Of a stretch of DNA of 64,000 bases, positions 56,555-64,000 are shown piece by piece. The DNA is from Candidatus Omnitrophota bacterium (GTDB lineage: Bacteria > Omnitrophota > Gorgyraeia > JAFGHF01). The translations under genes and the position numbers were made by a program. Location of the stretch: NCBI GenBank assembly GCA_020341815.1, contig CP070837.1, positions 692,211-756,210 of the forward strand, written 5' to 3'. The notes under the pieces were generated by a model. That model was not told the DNA's origin and made no database searches. It worked only from the letters and a program-made list of their open reading frames with translations. The stretch's first letter is position 1, and each line of letters starts with the position of its first letter.

Positions 56555-57897
56555 TTGTTTAAGGATTTAAGGAAACTGGGAAGGCCGGAGGCCTCTTTGG
56601 GGCCAACACGCACCTTCCACCCCGACTCTTCTTCCAGTTTTCCGCTTAACACCGCTACATAACCGGGGATAATTATCTCTTTATGCGAAACCTTATCTTT
56701 TATTCCGCATTCATTCAAACTTTTGGTGATGGTCTCGGCGGTAAACTTCTCCGCCGCCCAGGCAGTCAAAACGCTTAATCCTTCAGCATAAGATGAAATT
56801 ATATAACAAGGAACGCGGCTTCCCTCAACCTCTGCCTCTACGGTATAATAGGTCAAAGAAAAATTAGTGGTAACCAATACCGGGGACTTATCTGTGACCT
56901 GGCCGATTTCATAAATCTTGGGCTCAACCTGAAGCGGCTTCTGCGGGTCGGTATAGATATTCTGGCGCAGGGTAAGCAAAGGCAAGACCTCCCAGGGCTC
57001 TACTCCTTTTATAACTACAATCCCCGCATACTTGGCGATATAAGAGGCGGCCTCTGTTATCTCCTGATAAGTCTCACCCGCTGAACTCAGGGCGATTGTG
57101 GGATAACCAAAGGGCCGATAAGTCTTCTTTAAGGCCAGGCGCCTGATTTGCGTTAAGTCACTTATCTTACCTGAGATATCCTTATTGCCCGAATCAAGAA
57201 TCAAATCTTCTACTCCTGCAGAGACCGCCTTCTGCGCCAATTCAGAAAGCTCATCCAGACTCTCTGCCTTGATTGCCAAAGGAAGAGAGTTTTCCTTGGC
57301 AATGGCAACCATAGCATCAAGGTTATCTTTAGTGGCAGCATAGAGTAAAGGCTTTCTATCTTTACAAAGAGAGGCTGCGGCCTTAATTATCTCTGCGTCT
57401 TCGCTCATTAGAATTAAATTTAGCGACTCGGTTACAGAGCGTAGTCTAATTTTTTTTACCAGCTCTGTAAAAGTCTCTTTTTTTCCACTGCTACATCTCA
57501 GCGCAATTAAATTTACGCCGATTTGCTGTCCCACGCGCTCAAAATGCAGCTTATTTATCTTATTAATCCTTTCATCGATTCTGGAAGCATCCTCTGTATC
57601 TTCAACAAGAACCGCTATACCCGCAGGGTGATAAAAGGTCTGTTCATGGCGAAACATTACGGTTTCGTTTCCTATCTCAAGCTTTGCCTCACCCGTTCCG
57701 ATAGTCACCAGTTTTATCGGCGGACGTGAGGCGCTTTCCAGGGCCTGCTTTGCCTCCTCGCTAACATAAGGGCATTTGCTTAACTCCACTTTTTTCGCCG
57801 CAATCTGCATAGCAAAGGCAAGACACGTGGGAAAACCGCATTCCTTACAATTAGTTTTAGGTAAAAGTTTATAAATATCAAGTCCCGATAACGCCAT
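56551..57897 (-). CDS. acsC: corrinoid/FeS protein large (gamma) subunit
   Basis: LPKTNCKECGFPTCLAFA, RQNIYTDPQ, TTNFSLTY, SVLTAWAA. Confidence 0.96.
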   Translation of the reverse strand: MALSGLDIYKLLPKTNCKECGFPTCLAFAMQIAAKKVELSKCPYVSEEAKQALESASRPPIKLVTIGTGEAKLEIGNETVMFRHEQTFYHPAGIAVLVEDTEDASRIDERINKINKLHFERVGQQIGVNLIALRCSSGKKETFTELVKKIRLRSVTESLNLILMSEDAEIIKAAASLCKDRKPLLYAATKDNLDAMVAIAKENSLPLAIKAESLDELSELAQKAVSAGVEDLILDSGNKDISGKISDLTQIRRLALKKTYRPFGYPTIALSSAGETYQEITEAASYIAKYAGIVVIKGVEPWEVLPLLTLRQNIYTDPQKPLQVEPKIYEIGQVTDKSPVLVTTNFSLTYYTVEAEVEGSRVPCYIISSYAEGLSVLTAWAAEKFTAETITKSLNECGIKDKVSHKEIIIPGYVAVLSGKLEEESGWKVRVGPKEASGLPSFLKSLNK

Positions 57898-57906
57898 TTC
57901 TCCTCC

Positions 57907-60900
57907 TTACATAAGCGGTGGCATCTTAAGCGCCGGATGTCCTGTTTTCTCCAGGTGCTTCAATAAATCTTCGGAAGTTGTGGCCACAGTCTCATCGCCA
58001 ATCTTATCAAGTAAATCGGGCGCGCCTTCTTCCTCGCATCTTTTCTTTAACTTATCTGCCAGGGCCTCTTTCAGTTCCTTGGGCATCCAGACTATTCTTT
58101 TTAAGCCTCCATCGGCAGAGATGAACTTTTTGCTCACCAAATACAATCTTCCCACACCCATAAAGCCCGGGGTCTGCGCCCCTCCGCCTACCGAACCGGC
58201 CAGCGTAGAGAAAGTCATCCCGCAGGGCGTCATCCCGCTATACTCGCGGTTGACTACCATAAATCCGTTGGCCTCGGGTAAAATTGCGATAATACACTCG
58301 AAACACCCACAATTTTTAATTAAGAGGCCGTTGGCGAAATAGCAATGTTCATCTGAAGTAGTCAGGTTATAAACATATTTAAATTGATTTTTGTTCTGAA
58401 TCTTTTCAACCTTAGTTACTATATCTAAAAAATAATCGGTCTCCAGTAAGGATTGAAGAAAATCTCTCTTTTGCTGCGGAAGCACCTCTAATACCTTCTC
58501 TACATTTGCCGCTACAGGTCTTGACCGTGCTGTCTTGTAATAAAAGCATGTTGTGGGGCTTAAAACTTTAGAGCTTTCGGGAATCGAACTCAATATTCTT
58601 CCAACAGATAAAGGCAAAACCTGCTCTTGACTTTTATTAAGCCTGTTTTCGGCTGAGAGCTTTTTGATATCGCATAAGACCTTTTTCTTCTCTGGATGCC
58701 TAACTGGAACTTTTTCTGCAAATCTACTTAAACTAATTCCGTGCAAAACGACTTTGTAAATTGAACCTGCTTTATGTATATTAGCAGTAATTCCCAATCT
58801 TTTTAATAGTAATTGCAAATGGAATACAGCTGTCTTATCTTCAATACAAAGATAGGCCTCGCCTGTATCCCACTTATCTGCATATTTCCTTAATCTTACA
58901 CTACCATCTCCATCAAAAACCCCGGCTAAGTAAGCAGAAATAAAGTTTTGAGGAAGATTGATTAATTTAGATAGGTTCCATTTACCCTTAGCGCCAACTT
59001 TAATTCCATAGTAACTCAGCAAAGTTCCAAATAACGGATTGTTGATATAGCATTGATAACACTGCTTAACAGAATTGATTAGTCTTCCTCTTATCTTTCC
59101 CTTGCCCTTTGCTCTAACTCTAACACCTATGGCATGGCCAGGGAAAATATTTTTATAAGTGTCTTTATATGCGGAAATCAACTCTTCATTGGTGTTAATA
59201 AAATCTATCTTATATTGGTATTTTCCCACTTGACAAATAGACCCGTCAGATGTAATAAGTCCTGCTAAGTAAAAGAATTCCGGACTTAGAGCTTTAGGAA
59301 TATTGATTACGGATGCAGCTCGGCCGACTTTTTTAATGGACCTTTTTATCTCTTGCCAATCTAAATTTAAATCTTGAACTATAAGTTTCAACGCTTTTAA
59401 AGTAAAGTTAATTAAGTTTGGATTATATTGGCCCCATCCTAAATTTTTCCAAGCCGCAGAAAATGAACCATATTTTGCCTTCAACTTATCTTTCATTAAT
59501 TTGTTCAAACCCTCATCTCTGACACTAAAGTCGTCTGGAACAAGATCAATTATATCAGGAACCGCACTAGATAATTCCAACTTACTAAATGAAAAAGCTC
59601 TGTCGCCTGCTTTAATTTTGCCGGCTTCAATCCAACTTAGCCCTTCGGGCTTATCTATAGCGATTTTGTGATCCTCGGTCAAAATAATCTCTGCGCCTGA
59701 TTTGGTGGTCACTTTTACTAAATCTTTTGGGGCCGGAAACTTCTGCATCGCCACTATTTTCTCTGGAATAGTCTTGCCGTTCTTCAAAGTTAAAACCGAA
59801 GACTTGGCATATTCCTCTCCCCCCTGATGTCTATTTATAAACTCTCCCATTCTGGTTATTTTCCCATCAATAATAACTTCTGTTTCTGCTGTGCAACAGC
59901 TTGTCTCCGGAAAAGTCATTATAGAGTATCCGTGGAAGCGCTCCAGAGTTTTATTGGACTTTTGATAGATAAACTCATTTACGCCTTTCCATTCCCCTCT
60001 GGCCGCATCAAGGCACTCCCCCTTTTTCACCGGCTGATTAGGGCCGGTGGGATTTAATTCGTAAGAGGCCTTGGCATCCAGATAGCTGTATGCCCCGCAC
60101 AATCCTAATCTTTCCGGCTTGACCATACATAAGTGATTGGGCGCAAAGCTCTGACACAATGTGCAACTATAAAATGTATCCACGCTCTCATCGGTCATTC
60201 CGGCTGTGCGGGCATCGCGGGCCTCATAGGCCTTTTGAGCCTCACCGATGTGTTTTTCCACGTCTTCCTGTTTGGTATAAATCGTTATCTGGGCCTTATC
60301 TACGATAGCGCCAAAGGTATCGTGCAGGCGGGCATGCAGGATTGTTCCGAAATGTTTAATTTTAAAGCCTTTGTTCTTGGCGTCCTTGGAAATCCTCATC
60401 CAGCACATATCGCGCTGGCCCATATGAAAGACACCCATTGCCTCATTTAAGAATGAATGAATCTGCCGCTCTAAAATAGGTTCGAAGTCTTTCTGCATCT
60501 TGCGTCCGGCAACCTCAACCAAAATCCCCAAAGGAAGCGCTTCACCTTCTTTAACATCATCTATCTCCGGGCCGACCATTTCAATCTTTCCGTCCTGCAC
60601 TTCATCTAACTTTTTCATCCGCACATATTCAAAGGCGGTTGTGTATTTCCCGCCGAACTGCACATACATCTGCTCTTTTCTTACCCGCTCACCTTCAAAG
60701 GCCGCAGAATACGAAACGGGAATGGGGATCTCGGAAATCTTTACCTTCACCCCGCGCACCTCGATACAAACCGGAACTATCTTTTTATAATCGCGCTCTT
60801 TGACTAAATGCTCATAGGTGCAAATGCCCGAGGGCCTGATTTCGGGAATATCCGTATCGGCAATCACCGGAAAGCCCATATTGATAGCCCCGGCACCGGT

Positions 60901-61671
60901 AGCGTATTTCACATCGTCAAGTTCACCTAAGGCCAGGCCAAAAGCAAATACCCTCTCCTTGCAATACTGCAGGCATTTGGCGGCCTCGCCCTTTTTGTGT
61001 CCGCCGAAGGTAAGCGCCCCGCGAATTGCCCAGTGCAAAGGATAAATTGCGCTGATAGTATCTCTTCCGTAAGGCACGATATAGGTATCCCAGCCCATCT
61101 CAACCTTTTCTTCCTTTAGCTGATCGATAATACTCTTTCCATTACTTGATGAACCAACAAAGGTCAGGATATTGCGCTTTTGAAACTCCCTGACAATATC
61201 AACAGCGGTCTTGTTATCCGGGGCTGCCCCTAAAATTGCCGCAAACCCGGGCATCCTTCCGTCAACCAGTTGAATGCCCAAACTCCTTAAAATAGTATCC
61301 GAGAAAAATCCGTTACAATCGGCCTGGGGCTCCTGTCCATAGAGATAGCGAAGCGCCACGATTATTTCTTCGGCAAGCAAGGTAGCCATTCCTGAATCCA
61401 GGGCATCCCCTAAATAAGGAAGCCACAGCTCTTCACTCGGCTCTTCATGCAATAGCGACTTTATATGCTCAAGGACAGGCGCTATATCGGCTAAGGTCTT
61501 TACTTCCGCTCCTAATAAAGCATAAGCCATTGGAAGATAAAAAGCAGTTTCGGGGAAAGCAACCTTAGCGTCTTTTCCTTTTTCACTAATTGCCTTGTTC
61601 AAAAAGTCTTCTGCTTCCTTGGCAACCTTTTTTGCTCCGCGTATTGCGCTTGCTGCAACTATTTTAGACAT
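57907..61671 (-). CDS. acsB: acetyl-CoA synthase catalytic subunit, intein-containing (725 aa after splicing)
   Basis: FPETAFYLP, FEGERVRK, CTLCQSFAPNHLC...LGLCG, PETS/CGCFE split by an intein. Confidence 0.97.
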   Translation of the reverse strand: MSKIVAASAIRGAKKVAKEAEDFLNKAISEKGKDAKVAFPETAFYLPMAYALLGAEVKTLADIAPVLEHIKSLLHEEPSEELWLPYLGDALDSGMATLLAEEIIVALRYLYGQEPQADCNGFFSDTILRSLGIQLVDGRMPGFAAILGAAPDNKTAVDIVREFQKRNILTFVGSSSNGKSIIDQLKEEKVEMGWDTYIVPYGRDTISAIYPLHWAIRGALTFGGHKKGEAAKCLQYCKERVFAFGLALGELDDVKYATGAGAINMGFPVIADTDIPEIRPSGICTYEHLVKERDYKKIVPVCIEVRGVKVKISEIPIPVSYSAAFEGERVRKEQMYVQFGGKYTTAFEYVRMKKLDEVQDGKIEMVGPEIDDVKEGEALPLGILVEVAGRKMQKDFEPILERQIHSFLNEAMGVFHMGQRDMCWMRISKDAKNKGFKIKHFGTILHARLHDTFGAIVDKAQITIYTKQEDVEKHIGEAQKAYEARDARTAGMTDESVDTFYSCTLCQSFAPNHLCMVKPERLGLCGAYSYLDAKASYELNPTGPNQPVKKGECLDAARGEWKGVNEFIYQKSNKTLERFHGYSIMTFPETSCCTAETEVIIDGKITRMGEFINRHQGGEEYAKSSVLTLKNGKTIPEKIVAMQKFPAPKDLVKVTTKSGAEIILTEDHKIAIDKPEGLSWIEAGKIKAGDRAFSFSKLELSSAVPDIIDLVPDDFSVRDEGLNKLMKDKLKAKYGSFSAAWKNLGWGQYNPNLINFTLKALKLIVQDLNLDWQEIKRSIKKVGRAASVINIPKALSPEFFYLAGLITSDGSICQVGKYQYKIDFINTNEELISAYKDTYKNIFPGHAIGVRVRAKGKGKIRGRLINSVKQCYQCYINNPLFGTLLSYYGIKVGAKGKWNLSKLINLPQNFISAYLAGVFDGDGSVRLRKYADKWDTGEAYLCIEDKTAVFHLQLLLKRLGITANIHKAGSIYKVVLHGISLSRFAEKVPVRHPEKKKVLCDIKKLSAENRLNKSQEQVLPLSVGRILSSIPESSKVLSPTTCFYYKTARSRPVAANVEKVLEVLPQQKRDFLQSLLETDYFLDIVTKVEKIQNKNQFKYVYNLTTSDEHCYFANGLLIKNCGCFECIIAILPEANGFMVVNREYSGMTPCGMTFSTLAGSVGGGAQTPGFMGVGRLYLVSKKFISADGGLKRIVWMPKELKEALADKLKKRCEEEGAPDLLDKIGDETVATTSEDLLKHLEKTGHPALKMPPLM
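58312..59898 (-). mobile_element. intein with LAGLIDADG homing endonuclease (529 aa, residues 592-1120)
   Basis: Block A CCTAETEV, block B LTEDH, LAGLITSDG and LAGVFDGDG, block F/G VYNLT...FANGLLIKN followed by Cys+1; visibly more AT-rich than the exteins. Confidence 0.96.
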
Positions 61672-61737
61672 TTGATACTCCTCGTTTAATATTCACCTTG
61701 AGTGCTTACGAATTTCGAATTTCCCATATCTTGCTTT

Positions 61738-62148
61738 CTAATTTAATCTTTTACCATAAATAAGGGCTATAAGCACGCCGCCCACAGGCGTAGCGATTAT
61801 CCCTGAAATAAGACAAGGAAGAGGAAATGGGCCAGCGCTCATAGTATGCTGAAAAAATAATCCTACTAACTGAGGTAAAAACAGAAGAACTCCAAAAATA
61901 AATCCCTTTTTTGCAGGAGTGTTTCCGGGGATGCCTCTATGGATTACAAGATAAAGAAAAGAAAGAACCAATCCCATAACTATGCTTAAAAGGATTAGCT
62001 TAGTCATCATTGTAGAATCAAATGATCTATAGAGATGCTCATAACCCACATACCAATCTTTGAATATTCCTCCGTTTACTATCCCGTGAATTACATTAGA
62101 AAAAATCCCCCATATTAACCCCGCAATAAGCCATCTTAATGCTTTCAT
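61738..62148 (-). CDS. hypothetical 4-TM membrane protein
   Basis: 136 aa, AGGAGGT SD, AT-rich. Confidence 0.75.
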   Translation of the reverse strand: MKALRWLIAGLIWGIFSNVIHGIVNGGIFKDWYVGYEHLYRSFDSTMMTKLILLSIVMGLVLSFLYLVIHRGIPGNTPAKKGFIFGVLLFLPQLVGLFFQHTMSAGPFPLPCLISGIIATPVGGVLIALIYGKRLN

Positions 62149-62167
62149 CTTTTTTACCTCCTCTTAT

Positions 62168-63454
62168 CTAATAAGTTATTATTGTATCTTTACACTCTTC
62201 CAGTTTAAACTTATCTTTATATTTTGCAACTAACGGCATTATTTTGGCATAGTCAAAATTATCATCCAAAAGCAGATGCTTTATAGAGGAAACATCAATT
62301 CTATTTTTGATTAATATGCTTATTATTCCCGCCGGTTTTATATCGCCGACTAAGACCATGCCCACAATCACATTTTCCTTAAGCACAAACTTCTTATATA
62401 TATTATTTTTGACCTGTGAGATTATCTCATAATCTTTTTCCTCTTTGGGCTTGGTAACGCCCATTGAGATAGAGGCCAGGCCAAAAAAATCCACTGAGTT
62501 CATCGATAAGGAGCCGTCATATTTTATCTTTTTATCCAGCATATTTAAGGCGGCACGCTCCCCCTGCTCAACCGCACACGGCCAGAGGGCATTAATTCTT
62601 CTTTCTCCCCGGGCAATATCATAAGTCTGGGCGCAATCTCCGGCAGCAAAGATATTTTCATCAGACGTCTTTAAAAACTCATCAACCACGATTCCCTCTT
62701 CTACTTTTAATCCGCATGACGCAGCCAGTTCTGTATTGGCCTTTACGCCTTTACCGATAATAATCATCTGACATTTAATCTTTTCACCATTATCTAACAG
62801 AACCTCTTCCACGAACTCTTTGCCGATAATCTCCTTGGCGGCCAGGCCCGTCATAATCTTTATCCCGTTTTTCTCCAAGCGTGCTGCAATAAGGCTTGCG
62901 GCTTGCTTATCCACCATTTGTGATAAAACCTGCGGGCTTTTTACGATAACTGCCACCTCTTTTCCTCTTTGCCTTAAGGCATAGGCATCGCGCAGGCCTA
63001 TCAGCCCACCCCCTAATACAGCAATTCGTTCCACTTTATTCAGCATCTTCATTATCGAGCGGGCATCGTCTATCTTTCTTACGGTAAAGACGCCTTTTTT
63101 ATCAATCCCGGGCACATCAACCAGCTTGGGTGAAGCCCCGGTAGCCAGCAAAAGCTTATCGTAGGAAATCTTTGTCCTGTCTTTTAAGGTAATTGACTTT
63201 TCCTTCCTGTCTATGGAAACAGCTTTTTTGCACAGATAAAACTTTATATTATTGTCTTCGTAAAATGTCTTATCTTTAAAATAAAGCTTACTCTCATCGA
63301 TAGAGCCGGCCAAAAGATAAGTTAAGAGACAGCGCGAATACAGAGGGAATACCTCATCTGAGATTACCGCTATCTCTGAACTTTTATCGTGTTTTCTTAA
63401 GGTTTCCGCGCAAGCCACCCCGGCCGCACTTCCGCCTATAATTAGATATTTCAT
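62168..63454 (-). CDS. FAD/NAD(P) oxidoreductase (CODH-associated FNOR-like)
   Basis: IIGGSAAG, LLLATGA, GGGLIG, FAAGDC. Confidence 0.9.
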   Translation of the reverse strand: MKYLIIGGSAAGVACAETLRKHDKSSEIAVISDEVFPLYSRCLLTYLLAGSIDESKLYFKDKTFYEDNNIKFYLCKKAVSIDRKEKSITLKDRTKISYDKLLLATGASPKLVDVPGIDKKGVFTVRKIDDARSIMKMLNKVERIAVLGGGLIGLRDAYALRQRGKEVAVIVKSPQVLSQMVDKQAASLIAARLEKNGIKIMTGLAAKEIIGKEFVEEVLLDNGEKIKCQMIIIGKGVKANTELAASCGLKVEEGIVVDEFLKTSDENIFAAGDCAQTYDIARGERRINALWPCAVEQGERAALNMLDKKIKYDGSLSMNSVDFFGLASISMGVTKPKEEKDYEIISQVKNNIYKKFVLKENVIVGMVLVGDIKPAGIISILIKNRIDVSSIKHLLLDDNFDYAKIMPLVAKYKDKFKLEECKDTIITY

Positions 63455-63951
63455 TTCTTTTTTACCTTTTTCTCAAACTCCTCTTTTGTGCCTACGAAAA
63501 GCGCGCCCGTGGGACAGGCCGCCACGCAGGCAAAGTCTTCCCTGTCCGGACAGAGGTCGCATTTGACCGCGATATGATTTTCCACATCTTGCACAATAGC
63601 GCCGAAGGGACAGCTCATTACACACATCCAGCATCCCACACACTTATCTTTATCCTGCAGGGTTGCCCCTGTCTTTTCATCCTTGGAGAGCGCCCCGCTC
63701 ATGCACGCCTTTATGCAGGGGGCGTCCTCGCAGTGCTGGCAATGCAGGGAAATAATCTTATTGTTGATATTTTCCGCTTTTACCCTTTTCTTGGGTAGAG
63801 CTTTTTCTTTGATTGCGCTAAAGATATCTTTTGACTTAGAATGTTCTACTGCGCAGGCAATCTCACAGGAGCGGCAGCCTACGCATTTGGTAATATCGCA
63901 ATATATCTTGATATCTTTTGTCTTTTTCTTCTTTAGCAGGTCTTTAGTCAT
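63451..63951 (-). CDS. cooF: CooF-like 4Fe-4S ferredoxin
   Basis: CVGCRSCEIAC, CQHC..APC...C, CVGCWMCVMSCP, KCDLC...ACVAACP. Confidence 0.88.
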   Translation of the reverse strand: MTKDLLKKKKTKDIKIYCDITKCVGCRSCEIACAVEHSKSKDIFSAIKEKALPKKRVKAENINNKIISLHCQHCEDAPCIKACMSGALSKDEKTGATLQDKDKCVGCWMCVMSCPFGAIVQDVENHIAVKCDLCPDREDFACVAACPTGALFVGTKEEFEKKVKKK

Positions 63952-64000
63952 TATTTGTCATTCTCACCGGCTCTCGCTCATACATAAGAGGAGGAAGCTT
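63944..64000 (-). CDS. 3' end of the upstream gene, probably the CO dehydrogenase catalytic subunit
   Basis: Open frame KLPPLMYEREPVRMTNND* overlapping the cooF start; the assignment rests mainly on context. Confidence 0.4.
   Translation of the reverse strand, partial: KLPPLMYEREPVRMTNND

Overview
Core-chromosome window from an anaerobic diderm bacterium. The gene style and Wood-Ljungdahl content resemble Ca. Omnitrophota; this is an inference. Most genes are on the minus strand. Contents: comEC/comEA/leuS, nfeD-stomatin, three tRNAs (Ala-GGC, Leu-CAA, Pro-GGG), accA, mnmE-folC-apgM-thrC-hom, gpsA, an NSS transporter, queF/queH, PEP carboxykinase, pabB-pabC, a CCA enzyme, a Ski2-like helicase, c-di-GMP genes, and a long acs/coo (CODH/ACS) cluster with unusual downstream genes. 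Highlights: (1) Several families of tiny transposase-less hairpin elements with (Y)CCCG...CGGG(R) ends. Two families sit in functional junctions and rebuild what they interrupt. Family A (two copies, 109 and 124 bp) is inserted in ATGAA start codons. It is open in the frame of the old ATG (38 and 43 aa peptides, M-x-PALP...KGRAG) and ends in a GTGA stop/start overlap that hands translation to the host gene. Family B (two 102-bp copies, CACG duplication) supplies the 5' end of tRNA-Pro and the C-terminus of QueF. (2) A 529-aa LAGLIDADG intein sits in acetyl-CoA synthase, directly before the nickel-binding Cys-Gly-Cys motif. (3) An LsrF-like thiolase and a Zn-dehydrogenase lie downstream of the acs genes, a possible acetyl-CoA + DHAP route to a deoxypentulose phosphate. 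(4) A CEOS/AlaDH-like oxidoreductase is paired with an ATP-grasp ligase. All calls were made by eye; no database searches were run.
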